From Sulfolobales archaeon HS-7 (GTDB taxonomy: Archaea; Thermoproteota; Thermoprotei_A; Sulfolobales; Sulfolobaceae), in contig AP024596.1 of assembly GCA_019704295.1 (NCBI GenBank), positions 256,001-320,000 on the forward strand: a DNA stretch of 64,000 nt, given 5' to 3'. The stretch's first letter is position 1. Each line of letters starts with the position of its first letter. Below the pieces are notes generated by a model, which did no database searches, was not told the DNA's origin, and saw nothing but the letters and a program-made list of their open reading frames with translations. A program made the position numbers and the translations under genes. Of the stretch, positions 31,231 through 41,311 are shown piece after piece.

Positions 31231-31568
31231 GACAGTGTCTGATCTGCAGTGACTGTTATTTAAAAACTAAATTTTTAGATATGGGAATAACAGCCTATGG
31301 TACCAGAACAACAACAGTAAAGGCGGTACCAGATTGAAGACTCTCACTAAATACCTAGGCTTACTACATCAGGAAGTTTAGGATGCTTAGTAAACTAATC
31401 ACAATGGGAGCTGGTACCTAATCTAGATTATAAAAAGTTACGTAATCTCGTTCTATAAATGGATCTCATACATCACCCCTCTTATAATTGAATGAATTTA
31501 GTTCATAACGCGCGTTTTATGACTTTTTAGTTTATTTATTATTCCTTAATTACAAATTGGACGTTGTA
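31231..31568 (+). mobile_element. GACA-ended MITE (probably ISH3-family derived)
   Basis: GACAGTGTC start; TAATTACAAATTGGACGTTGT end; AAATTTTTAGATATGGGAA shared with the 40961 copy. Confidence 0.7.
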
Positions 31569-31654
31569 ATGTGGGTTCCTCGCTTTCAATAAGTTAAAGC
31601 TTTTATTTAACTAATCGCAAATTAAATGGAGGAAAAACGCGTCTGATTCTTCTA

Positions 31655-32191
31655 TTGGTCATGCTTACGTTCCTGGTTACAACTGTATTTGGCGCTTCCA
31701 TAACCATTAGGTATCCTAGCATTTACCTGAACGGCGTTCAGGTAGCTAAGCTGAGGTACCTCTTCCAGTTTGAAAACTACTCCTGCCTTAACGTAACTCT
31801 GGGTTATGAAAAGTGCGAGGTCTTCCTCATAGAGCTTTATAACTCAACTAGCTCTTACTTTCCGCTTCGCGGCAACTCCTCACTCTCGGGAATATACCTT
31901 TACTTTCCCGAGGAGAGAGTATCAACCACACTGCCTAATTACAACACTACAAATGCAACTGCAGTTTTCATACCTTACTCTTACATTTCTAACTTAACGT
32001 GCTATACAGTCGGGATGAAGGGGGTCTGCGTCCTCGTGATATTCTATGCCCCTCCTGCTCCTCAATCGATATTACCTACTCTCCCCTCAACATCATCGTC
32101 TCCACAACCTAAACCCGTAAACTACTTCTTTATCCTTCTCCTCATCCCCCCGATATACTTCATTATAAGGGGGTTACTCAAAAAAGAGTAG
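31655..32191 (+). CDS. membrane-anchored surface protein
   Basis: Signal-like N-terminus, many N-x-S/T sites, P/S/T linker, C-terminal TM plus KK. Confidence 0.7.
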   Translation: MVMLTFLVTTVFGASITIRYPSIYLNGVQVAKLRYLFQFENYSCLNVTLGYEKCEVFLIELYNSTSSYFPLRGNSSLSGIYLYFPEERVSTTLPNYNTTNATAVFIPYSYISNLTCYTVGMKGVCVLVIFYAPPAPQSILPTLPSTSSSPQPKPVNYFFILLLIPPIYFIIRGLLKKE

Positions 32192-32227
32192 ATACTCTTT
32201 TAAATTATTACAAAATACTCTATCAAG

Positions 32228-32899
32228 ATGGAAATCAGCCTTGAGAATATAAAGGACAACTTAATCAAAGGTCTGCCCATTTTGCTCTACGACTTTGACG
32301 ACAGGGAGTCGGAGGTTGACATGGTGTTTTACGGAGGAAGCGTATCGTGGAAGTCGATATACACCCTTAGAAGGGAAGCGGGAGGACTCATATGCTACGT
32401 TACCGGATTGGAGGAGGGTAAATCTTTGGGATTAACTCTGCTTACCGAGGAGTGGAGTAACGATAGCAGGTACTTAAAACTTGTGAAGAAACCAGTGTAC
32501 GGGGATTTACCCGCCTTCAGTATCTGGGTAAATCACATTACTACTAGGACGGGAATATCCGATGAGGATAGGGCGAGAACGGTGAGAGCACTTCATGATA
32601 TCGTTGTAATGATGAAAAGTGACGTAGAGAGGTCCAGGGAGAAGTTTTGGGACGAATTCATGGCTCCGGGCCACGTGCCCATTCTGCTATCCCGTGGGAT
32701 AAGGAATAGAAGGGGACACACGGAATTGGTAACTGCCTTAGCTGACGTATTGGGATTACCTAGATCCATGGTTATTGCGGAAATGCTGGACAAGAGGAGA
32801 AGTCTTTCCCTTGAAGACGCGGTAAAGTACGCAAAGGTTAACGATTTCCCCATAATCAGGGGGAAAGAGCTTTTAGAGGTGATTAAAATTGTCGCGTAA
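32228..32899 (+). CDS. ribB: 3,4-dihydroxy-2-butanone 4-phosphate synthase
   Basis: DFDDRESEVD, GGLIC, TGISDEDRA, PGHVP, RRGHTE. Confidence 0.95.
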   Translation: MEISLENIKDNLIKGLPILLYDFDDRESEVDMVFYGGSVSWKSIYTLRREAGGLICYVTGLEEGKSLGLTLLTEEWSNDSRYLKLVKKPVYGDLPAFSIWVNHITTRTGISDEDRARTVRALHDIVVMMKSDVERSREKFWDEFMAPGHVPILLSRGIRNRRGHTELVTALADVLGLPRSMVIAEMLDKRRSLSLEDAVKYAKVNDFPIIRGKELLEVIKIVA

Positions 32900-33356
32900 A
32901 TACGGGGTAGCTGATACGACCTTTAGCAGAGTAGATATGGGTTCAATAGCGGATAAAGTGATAAGAATGGAGGACGACGAGGGAGAGGTAACTAGGTATA
33001 CCGTACCGGGAATAAAAGATCTTCCCGTTGCCGCAAAGAGGTTACTTGACGCAGGGTGTGATGGGGTGATCACCCTAGGATGGGTGGGCAGAACGCAACT
33101 TGATAAGTACAGTTATTTGTCATCCAGTATAGGGCTAATCATGGTACAAATCTTAACCTCTAAGCACGTAATCGACGTAACTGTTCATGAGGACGAGGCT
33201 GACAACGACCAGGAACTTAAGAGGATAGCTGTAGATAGGGCTACCAAGCACGCAAGGAACCTTGTCTACCTGGTTAGGGACGGAAAGGACGCCCTAAGAA
33301 AATACGCAGGTACAGGACTCAGGCAGGGATACGCAAACGCGGGGACTATAGAATGA
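32889..33356 (+). CDS. ribC: archaeal riboflavin synthase
   Basis: [32 protein letters not shown]. Confidence 0.95.
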   Translation: MSRKYGVADTTFSRVDMGSIADKVIRMEDDEGEVTRYTVPGIKDLPVAAKRLLDAGCDGVITLGWVGRTQLDKYSYLSSSIGLIMVQILTSKHVIDVTVHEDEADNDQELKRIAVDRATKHARNLVYLVRDGKDALRKYAGTGLRQGYANAGTIE

Positions 33357-33808
33357 GAGTTACCTTAGGTTTAGTCGTAGCGGAGTTCAATTACGAGATA
33401 ACCTATCTTATGCTGCAAAGGGCCTTAGAACACGCGAAGTTCCTAGATGCCGAGGTTAAGGTCGTCATGAAGGTACCGGGGACTTACGATACCCCCTTAG
33501 CGGTGAAAAAGGTAATAGAGAGGTTCAACCCCGATGCTGTAGCGGTTTTAGGAGCGGTAATTAAGGGAGAAACGAAGCACGATGACCTAGTGGCGAATCA
33601 AGCATCTAGGATGTTGATGGATATATCCGTAGAAAAGGGAGTTCCTGTAACTATGGGGATAATAGGTCCTGGCGCATCTAGGGAACAGGCTATGGAACGT
33701 ATAGAGGAGTACTCTACGAGGGCTATAGAGGCGGCAATAAAACTCGCGTTGAGGTACAAAAAGATGTCGGAGACGAAATACGAGGGCAATACGGTGTTCA
33801 TAGAGTGA
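33353..33808 (+). CDS. ribH: 6,7-dimethyl-8-ribityllumazine synthase
   Basis: [22 protein letters not shown]. Confidence 0.95.
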   Translation: MRVTLGLVVAEFNYEITYLMLQRALEHAKFLDAEVKVVMKVPGTYDTPLAVKKVIERFNPDAVAVLGAVIKGETKHDDLVANQASRMLMDISVEKGVPVTMGIIGPGASREQAMERIEEYSTRAIEAAIKLALRYKKMSETKYEGNTVFIE

Positions 33809-34479
33809 AAGTCCTTTTCATCAGGATGATAAACTACAGGGAATGGACGGAAATGCAGGGATATGACAGGGAGGGAAAACTTCAATACTTACAGCACAGG
33901 CTCTCTTCCCTGCTCTCGAAGGAAATATATAATATAGGGGGTTTCTATCTCCCCCTTAGGTTCGATTCCTCCCTTGCAGTAATTTCAAACGTTAATGAGA
34001 AAGAGGTACAAAATATTAGGAAGAGGCTAGATTTCTACTTCCCTGTGGAGACGGTGACGTGTATTGGAGTTGATGAGAACCCGTACGACGCTCAGATCAA
34101 GGCATCAAGATGTGAATCACCCGATGAAAACGATGACTCTGAGGTCGTAGCAGTGCATTTCGACCTGAATAACTTTTCCGGAAGGGAATTAACGTCCTCG
34201 GTGTACGACACTTTCCTGGAGGTAACTAAAGTTTACCTCAAGGTAACGGAGGAGATCATTAAATTGAGGGGTATTGCAACTTACCTAGGTGGAGATAACG
34301 TTCTAAGCTTTATTTCTCCTCAAAGGATAGAAGACGTCCAGGGAATTTTAGATAGAATTCCTCACCTAAAGGCTGGAATAGGAAGAGGAAGGACGGCTAG
34401 AGAGGCAATAAAGAACGCTGCAAAGGGATTGAAGATCATCAGGGAGAATAGGAACCTGAATCAAATGCTCGTGGGATAG
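33805..34479 (+). CDS. gch3: GTP cyclohydrolase III
   Basis: YREWTE..GYDRE..LQ, RFDS, HFDLN, YLGGDN. Confidence 0.9.
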   Translation: MKVLFIRMINYREWTEMQGYDREGKLQYLQHRLSSLLSKEIYNIGGFYLPLRFDSSLAVISNVNEKEVQNIRKRLDFYFPVETVTCIGVDENPYDAQIKASRCESPDENDDSEVVAVHFDLNNFSGRELTSSVYDTFLEVTKVYLKVTEEIIKLRGIATYLGGDNVLSFISPQRIEDVQGILDRIPHLKAGIGRGRTAREAIKNAAKGLKIIRENRNLNQMLVG

Positions 34480-34482
34480 CGT

Positions 34483-35562
34483 TTGATACTTAATGTAGAT
34501 GGCGTTTTACTAGGTAACGAATTGCTCTTGAAAAGGAAAGTTAACGTTGAGATCGTTGATGGAAAGATCACTCACATAGGTAATGGTTTCGACAGTAACG
34601 GAAGAACTTACAGGGGAATAGTCATTCCTCCTCTGGTTAATGCCCACGTTCACGCCGGTGATTTCGCCTTCCCTGAATATTACACTGAAATGACCATAAG
34701 GGAATTAGTAGGGGATCCAGATAGCGTAAAGTACAAACTCCTTCAAAGTGCAGGGGAGAGGGTTGTCGAATTCATTCAGGAATTCCTCGATAATTCGATG
34801 AAATACGGGGTTCTAGGAGTAATCGATTTCAGGGAACAAGGGACGGTTGGTTTGGAACTGGCGAGGAGGGTTAAAAGTAAGGGGAAATACCTTTTCCTTT
34901 CTAGGATTGAGGAGGGAGAAAGAGTTCAAGACGTAGTTGATGCACATGGCGTCGGGATATCTACGGCCTTCTCATATGGAAGGGAAACACTAGTGAGGTT
35001 AAGGGATGTCTTCTCTAGAAAGATCAGGGCTGTACACATAAGCGAAACGAAAAGGCTCTGGTTACTTAATGATCTCGAGTATGCCCTACAAGTGTTCGAA
35101 CCTAATCTAATAATTCACGGGACCTACCTCGGTAAGGATGAAATTTTAACCCTAAGGGAGAGACGGACTCCTATAGTTACCTGCCCGAGAAGCAATCTAT
35201 GGTTCAGAGTGGGCATTCCGAATATGGAAGACCTCTTTGAAGGTTTCAAAGTTCTTATAGGTACTGATAATGGAGGATGGTTGAGCCCAAATTTATGGAG
35301 GGATATGGAATTAGCCTTACTTTTGAGAAAGAGGAGGGGAGAGGAAACTTCCAAGGAGATCCTAAAAGCGGCGACGGTAAATGCCTATGATCTAGTTAAT
35401 TTCTCCCCTGTGGACGAGGGAGGAGAAGCTACGTTCGTGATAGTTAACGATACACTTAACGGAATAGATAGGGCTAAGGACGTTTACACTGCTTTAGTGA
35501 AGAGGGGGGAATCGGTTATGTCGGTTTTCATTAAAGGAGAGGAAACCTTTCGTTCAACATAA
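34483..35562 (+). CDS. metal-dependent amidohydrolase
   Basis: NAHVH, HISE, IHGT, CPRSN, GTDN. Confidence 0.88.
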   Translation: MILNVDGVLLGNELLLKRKVNVEIVDGKITHIGNGFDSNGRTYRGIVIPPLVNAHVHAGDFAFPEYYTEMTIRELVGDPDSVKYKLLQSAGERVVEFIQEFLDNSMKYGVLGVIDFREQGTVGLELARRVKSKGKYLFLSRIEEGERVQDVVDAHGVGISTAFSYGRETLVRLRDVFSRKIRAVHISETKRLWLLNDLEYALQVFEPNLIIHGTYLGKDEILTLRERRTPIVTCPRSNLWFRVGIPNMEDLFEGFKVLIGTDNGGWLSPNLWRDMELALLLRKRRGEETSKEILKAATVNAYDLVNFSPVDEGGEATFVIVNDTLNGIDRAKDVYTALVKRGESVMSVFIKGEETFRST

Positions 35563-36808
35563 CGTGAGAGTACTGGGCGTAGGCTCTTTTGTTGAGGACT
35601 CCGTCCTGACCTTCAGCAATTCCCCTGCCGTGGTCGTTCCTCATTACTAGTTCCTCCTTAACGTAATCCACAGACGACACGTGAAACTCGTGGCCGTTTA
35701 CCGTCTTACCAATCACTGCTAGGGGGTTCCTTTTAACTGCTCTCAGCACGGTATAGCCTATCGTAAGGCGAGAGTCCATGGAAATACCCATGTCAAAGAC
35801 TCCCACCATCGAATACTTCCTGTTATTCCTTATGTAGTTTGAAAGGTACATCATCCCTCCGCACTCGGCGTACACTAGTTTCTCGTTGTCAACTAATTTC
35901 CTCAGCCATGATTTAGTCTCCTGGTTTTTCTCGAGTTGTTCGGCGAAGAGTTCTGGATAACCTCCGCCTAGGTAAACCCCATCTACTTCGTCGATCCGCT
36001 CGTTATTGAGAGGGCTGAATGGAACGAGATCGAATTTTGATCTCAGAGTGTCTATGTTTTGGGTGTAGTAGAATGAGAAGGCATTGTCATAAGCTATGGC
36101 TATCCTTCCCTTGTTTGTTTTAGCGCTTTTACTCCTTACTCTAATTTTTAGAGGAGGAGCTTCGGAGGCTATCTTCTCTAGCACATCGAAATCAATTGTC
36201 CTTTCCAGCACCTCTGATGCGCGTTTTATCTTTTCTAAGGGTACCTCATTTGCAGTAAATAATCCGAGATGTCTACTCTCGATTTTGAAAGAAGGATCGT
36301 AGGGCAAATAGCCAAGGAACTTCACTCTATTGAGGAAACGCGAGCACTCTATTACGTGACCTTCCGATACCACTTTGTTGAAAATTACCCCTTTAACAAG
36401 ACCCGAACTTACAAGGCGTAATCCCTCAGCTAGCTTACCACCTGTGGACGACATTGCGTAACAATCTATTACCAATACTATGGGGGTCTTCGTTAACTTG
36501 GCTATTTCAAATGTGGAAAATTTACCCATTAAGCCGTCGAACATTCCCATAACCCCCTCGATTACGCTGAAGTCAAATCCTCTTAAATAGTTAACTAAAC
36601 TTCTCAATACTCCATCCTTACCCATGAGGTGTAAATCTAAGTTGACTGAGGGCGAACCAGTCGCCTTCAAGTGAAACCCTGGGTCGATAAAATCGGGACC
36701 TATTTTAAATCCCCTGACTCTCTTGTTTTTCGATAATGCCATCATTATCCCTGAGGCTATTAGCGTCTTACCTGAGTCGCTCCTATCGGAAGCAATTATA
36801 AGCCTCAT
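35531..36808 (-). CDS. cbiA: cobyrinate a,c-diamide synthase
   Basis: SDSGKT, KIGPDFIDP, EGVMG, ESRHLGL, GGGYPE, AECGG, GHEFH. Confidence 0.93.
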   Translation of the reverse strand: MRLIIASDRSDSGKTLIASGIMMALSKNKRVRGFKIGPDFIDPGFHLKATGSPSVNLDLHLMGKDGVLRSLVNYLRGFDFSVIEGVMGMFDGLMGKFSTFEIAKLTKTPIVLVIDCYAMSSTGGKLAEGLRLVSSGLVKGVIFNKVVSEGHVIECSRFLNRVKFLGYLPYDPSFKIESRHLGLFTANEVPLEKIKRASEVLERTIDFDVLEKIASEAPPLKIRVRSKSAKTNKGRIAIAYDNAFSFYYTQNIDTLRSKFDLVPFSPLNNERIDEVDGVYLGGGYPELFAEQLEKNQETKSWLRKLVDNEKLVYAECGGMMYLSNYIRNNRKYSMVGVFDMGISMDSRLTIGYTVLRAVKRNPLAVIGKTVNGHEFHVSSVDYVKEELVMRNDHGRGIAEGQDGVLNKRAYAQYSHVMLNERFPLL

Positions 36809-37152
36809 CTGGAGATGTTTACTTTTATCGAAATTAAGGATAACCTTATACTATTCATTGCAAGGACTCCATACTAGGAATTTAACGGCACTTCCTACGT
36901 GTTAACTACCCCTTATTGACTTAGTACCCTTACTTAACGATTCCCTGCTTCCTTATGAACCCCAAAAAAGTTAAATCTAGTCCTTGTATAGGGAATTACG
37001 TAAGATCTCACGGACGCAATTCCCCAGACCCTTGGGTACGACGTGCCCAAGGTCTAAGACGCGTTGCTTTTTTTCCCTAAAAACTACAAAGGGAACTCCG
37101 AACGTTCTTTTACTCCTTACCCAGTAGAATTGGACATTAGCACCCCCTAAGA

Positions 37153-37998
37153 ATGAGTTTTCCCAAGGTCGGCAAACTATATTTATCAGAGGTGAGTAAT
37201 TACTTTGACCCACATGGAATTTACTATCTAGGACCTGAGGGGAGTTTCTCACATCAGGCAGTTTCAGCATTAAGCGGCTTGAAGGTTCCGGTGAAGACAA
37301 TATCTGAGGTATTTGATAAAATATCCAACAGCACTATGGGCCTGGTGCCAGTTGAAAACAGCCTAGAGGGCCCCGTGAATGAGACTTTAGATAACCTCTT
37401 TACAAGAGATGGTATTTACGTTAACGCCTCGCTCGAAATCGAAGTTAACCTTGTTCTTGCCGCGAATCAAGACCTAAGTGTTATCAAAAGGATCTACTCT
37501 CATCCTCATGCGATCGCTGAGGCGGGGAAAAGACTTAAGGAATTAGGAGACTTCGAGATAGTACAGGTAGAAAGTACGTCAAAAGCTGCCAAGTTGGCAT
37601 CAGTAGAGGTCAACGCAGCTGCTCTATGTTCGGAATTCGCCGCTAGACTCTACGGTTTAAATATCTTAGAGCGCAATTTAACGGATAGAGGGAACGTGAC
37701 CAGGTTTTTCGTTGTTTCAAATAGGTTAACCACCTCTGGAGAAAGGACCGTTCTGTTCTTTACGGTTCCCGACGTTCCTGGGTCGCTGTACAATGTCCTT
37801 AGGGAGTTCTACAAGAGGAGAGTAAACGTAAAAATGATATATTCCCGTCCTCTAAGACGATTAATTTGGAATTATTACTTTTACCTTGAGTTCGAGGGTA
37901 GCATTGACGAATTTACACCGCTTATTGACGATCTGAAAAAAGTAACCCAGGAAGTTAAGGTTAAGGGAAGCTACACTACGATTTTAAGCCCTAGTTAG
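37153..37998 (+). CDS. pheA: prephenate dehydratase (PDT + ACT); start uncertain
   Basis: YLGPEGSFS, PVENSLEG, YSHP, NVTRF, PGSLY. Confidence 0.92.
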   Translation: MSFPKVGKLYLSEVSNYFDPHGIYYLGPEGSFSHQAVSALSGLKVPVKTISEVFDKISNSTMGLVPVENSLEGPVNETLDNLFTRDGIYVNASLEIEVNLVLAANQDLSVIKRIYSHPHAIAEAGKRLKELGDFEIVQVESTSKAAKLASVEVNAAALCSEFAARLYGLNILERNLTDRGNVTRFFVVSNRLTTSGERTVLFFTVPDVPGSLYNVLREFYKRRVNVKMIYSRPLRRLIWNYYFYLEFEGSIDEFTPLIDDLKKVTQEVKVKGSYTTILSPS

Positions 37999-39219
37999 AC
38001 TAACGTTATCGATTTTCGCGAAGGGATATCTCCCGGGAAGTGGTGCGTCCCACCACGATACTACGTAACTCTCTCTAGAGAGTTCGATCACGTTTTTGAC
38101 GATGTTTCCTAGTTTATCCGCTATTCTCACTCTTCCAACAAAACCCTCCGGTTTCCCATTCCTGAAGAGTATCGTAGCGTCTCTAGTAACCGTTGAGAAT
38201 TGCCCCTCCGCCATGTTCTGAAATCTCGTGTACCAATTGTTATTAACATAAATGAAATTCCCGTCCATCATATCGTGAAACTTACTGGTCCCAGTGTCAA
38301 TTTCCAAGGCTAGACTCCTCGGGTAAATCCATCCCGCGTTACCTGTGCTTTTGGCGTTGAATACCTTCGCCGTTTCGTTATTTAGGAGGTGGGTGTTGAA
38401 CTTTCCTTGGTAAATTATCTCCTTTCTGAAAGTCCTTTCTCCCTCATCGTCGAATTCCCAGTTCCCGATCTGTTCATCGTCAGGAATATCTCTAAGAGTG
38501 AACACATCAGACGCTACCTCATCCCCTTTCTTTGAATCAGAAAAGATCGAGTTTCCTGTCATTGCTGAGAAACCTGAAGCCATTCCTGACGCATACATCA
38601 TGAGGTTGGCCATAACCAGGGGGGACAGAACTACAGTGTACTTTCCGTCGTTTACATCAGCTCTCCTGTCAGAGAGCTTTAATAACTCATTCGCAGTTTC
38701 CACACAGTCCCTTAGCTTATCCTGTTCAAACCTATTCGACGTATGAGCCCATTGGGCACTGAATTCCCCTCTCTTCACCCTGAAATATGCGTTAATCCAT
38801 CCCTTCTTTTCAGCGCTTTTGAGACCCTTAGAGGTGTTTAAATTTCTGTTAACGATCGTGACGGTAATCGTCCCGTAAATGGGGTTCTTGCCCTCCAGAA
38901 GGGGAGGTATCGCTGATACGTCCTGATAAAGTTCCTCTAGGGTTGGATGAACTTTGTTCTGAGAGTACTCCCCCGAGGTATCCGAGATAATTGGGGAGAT
39001 CTGGGACTCAGGCAAGATATTAACGATTTCCGCAAGCTTCCTCTGATCTAGAGTTTTCTCCCTACCTACGTAGTACTTGTTCCCTTTTTTAAGCATGACT
39101 TCGTAGCCTTTGTCACTAAACCTCTGGACGTTCTCGATTTTGCTTTCAACTACCTTTATGACAAGGGTTTTAGTTTGGTACTCTATAGTTGCGTATTCGT
39201 CAAAACCCGTAAACTCCAT
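37984..39219 (-). CDS. pmbA: TldE/PmbA family protein
   Basis: FDDEGE, STGNAG, YTRFQN; paired with tldD. Confidence 0.88.
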   Translation of the reverse strand: MEFTGFDEYATIEYQTKTLVIKVVESKIENVQRFSDKGYEVMLKKGNKYYVGREKTLDQRKLAEIVNILPESQISPIISDTSGEYSQNKVHPTLEELYQDVSAIPPLLEGKNPIYGTITVTIVNRNLNTSKGLKSAEKKGWINAYFRVKRGEFSAQWAHTSNRFEQDKLRDCVETANELLKLSDRRADVNDGKYTVVLSPLVMANLMMYASGMASGFSAMTGNSIFSDSKKGDEVASDVFTLRDIPDDEQIGNWEFDDEGERTFRKEIIYQGKFNTHLLNNETAKVFNAKSTGNAGWIYPRSLALEIDTGTSKFHDMMDGNFIYVNNNWYTRFQNMAEGQFSTVTRDATILFRNGKPEGFVGRVRIADKLGNIVKNVIELSRESYVVSWWDAPLPGRYPFAKIDNVSLTRA

Positions 39220-39220
39220 T

Positions 39221-40600
39221 TCACATCACCTTGACGTTAACGTTCCTCAACCTCATGTTTGGTCCACCCAACCAAACCGGAACGCCCTGTTCTGGATCTC
39301 CTTTTCCACACATCCCCGGTTTAAAGTCCAGATTTCTATCTACCCCGTCTACAGACTTCAGAAAGTAAGTAGTTGTTCCCTCTAGGACGGGGAAAAGAAG
39401 TGGTTCCCCTATTTCCCCGTTGTTGATCGCGTAAGCTTCCAATGCGATGTACCTTTGACCTAACCTCATATCGTCAATATTCCACTCCATGTAGTTCTTG
39501 AAGTATATTCCCTCGCGGACGTCTTCAACGAGCTCCTCAAAGGACATTTCCCCTGGAACAAAGTATGTGTTCGACATCCTGATCAATGGCTCCCTATCGA
39601 ATCTGGACGATCTTGCAGATCCGTTACTTCCCCTACCCGTCCTAAATCCGGTAAACCTGTCTTGAAGCATCTCGTTGACTTTCCCAGAGACAATAAGCTT
39701 CTTTTCACGAGCAGAGACTCCCTGGTCGTCAATGAGGTAGAACCCGGAGCTTGTTGGGATCGTAGGGTTGTCGGAGAGGTTTACCACGTTACTTCCTACC
39801 TGGTCTTCCTTAAACTCGGTGAGGTAACTGGAACCCGCCTGAGCGAACTCTCTTCCAAGGATCCTATCCATCTCAAACGGGTGGCCCACTGACTCGTGTG
39901 CCATAATCCCGCTCAGGATCGGACTGAGAATTACGTCTTTCTTACCTGGGGTTACCCCCTTTCCTGAGTGCATCACCCTATCGATTGACCTCAAGTTCTC
40001 CTCAATCTTCTCCTGGAGATTTCTCTGGATTAACCACTCTAGTCCTCCACTCCCTCCCTCTTCAAACCATGCGGTAACTGTCCTTCCGTTACCCTCCAAA
40101 ACTATATTGTAAGTTATCAGAACGCGGGGAACTCTTCCCATTATAACGTCAGAATCGCTAATCATGATCTCCTTTGTTTCTACGCTTTCAACGTAAGAGA
40201 AAACGAGACTCTTTACTTTTCCTTTTATTTCAGTCTTCATTACGTTGGATAAAACGTCATTCAGGTAGGATATCTTTGAATCAATAGACATAGAGGAAAG
40301 TTTCACCTTTTCCTCCGATTCGTATTTCGCTGACTTTACGGGTTCCTCTGATACACCGGCCTCCCAGCCTGTTAAGGACTCCCCCACGGGTTTTATTTCC
40401 GTTGAATTCGGGGAGGCGTAAAATTGAAGGACTCCATTATTGAATGTCCTGACTGAAAACCCTTCCTCTTCCGAATTGTAAATTCCGGCGAACTTTCCGT
40501 TAAGGTATCTCATACCCTTGGTAATTACGCTGTGATATCTCACTTCCTTATATCTTGAAGGAAACAATTCAGATATTTTTCTTAACTCATCTTCATACAT
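39221..40600 (-). CDS. tldD: TldD family metalloprotease
   Basis: HESVGHPFE, RMSNTY, CGKG. Confidence 0.92.
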   Translation of the reverse strand: MYEDELRKISELFPSRYKEVRYHSVITKGMRYLNGKFAGIYNSEEEGFSVRTFNNGVLQFYASPNSTEIKPVGESLTGWEAGVSEEPVKSAKYESEEKVKLSSMSIDSKISYLNDVLSNVMKTEIKGKVKSLVFSYVESVETKEIMISDSDVIMGRVPRVLITYNIVLEGNGRTVTAWFEEGGSGGLEWLIQRNLQEKIEENLRSIDRVMHSGKGVTPGKKDVILSPILSGIMAHESVGHPFEMDRILGREFAQAGSSYLTEFKEDQVGSNVVNLSDNPTIPTSSGFYLIDDQGVSAREKKLIVSGKVNEMLQDRFTGFRTGRGSNGSARSSRFDREPLIRMSNTYFVPGEMSFEELVEDVREGIYFKNYMEWNIDDMRLGQRYIALEAYAINNGEIGEPLLFPVLEGTTTYFLKSVDGVDRNLDFKPGMCGKGDPEQGVPVWLGGPNMRLRNVNVKVM

Positions 40601-40752
40601 TGTCTAAACTATTACTTTCGATCTAAAAACGTTACTTAGTAATATACAAGTATTCCAAATTCATCGCGTCCGTGTGGAGAAGATTCATGAAGTTATTAGG
40701 AAGATCAAGAAAATTAACTATCTAGCCTGTAAACTTACATTGCGATACGGAA

Positions 40753-40955
40753 GAACTCGCCGGCCCTAAACCGGGCTTCCTGCTTCTCAGCTTCGCCTTG
40801 CGAGTATCGAAGTAGCAGTAGAGGGCGGAGCACCGCAGGCACTAAAGGTCCCATTAATCTATTTAAGATGTTCAGGAAAACGTTGTAACTAAAGTGGGTT
40901 ACTCAACTGTATCGGGGAGAGAGAAGACTCAACTGGAAAAGGTAAGGCCTTCCCC
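40753..40955 (-). pseudogene. tnpB: decayed tnpB 3' end plus IS605 right end
   Basis: Minus-strand relic ...YNVFLNIL then GTGCCTGCGGTGCTCCGCCCTCTAC...GAAGCAGGAAGCCCGGTTTAGGGCCGG; similar to 15500-15638. Confidence 0.6.
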
Positions 40956-40960
40956 TATGT

Positions 40961-41212
40961 GACAATGTTTAATATACAATAAATGTTAGTTTAAAAAACA
41001 AAATTTTTAGATATGGGAAAAACATATGAAAGCTCAATAGAAAAGTTCTTTCTTAGCCTTGATTATCGAAAATTAAGTGATCACTTGTGATTTAATAAAC
41101 TGATTTTGTATCATCGTTCTTTTCGTAATTAAAAGAGTTTAATTCTAGATAAAGTTGCTCTATAACTAGTTGTAATATAGTCGTTTACATTAACAACGCA
41201 TTAGACACCCCC
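40961..41212 (+). mobile_element. GACA-ended MITE
   Basis: GACAATGTTTAATATACAATAAAT start; AACGCATTAGACAC end; internal match to 53770-53850. Confidence 0.65.
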
Positions 41213-41311
41213 ATAGATCTTCTGCTCCCTCTGAATCCCTTACCAAGATAAGGCAGCCTTACATCTAGATGGAGAAGGGTTAATATATTACTTTAGTGAA
41301 ATTATTTCAAT

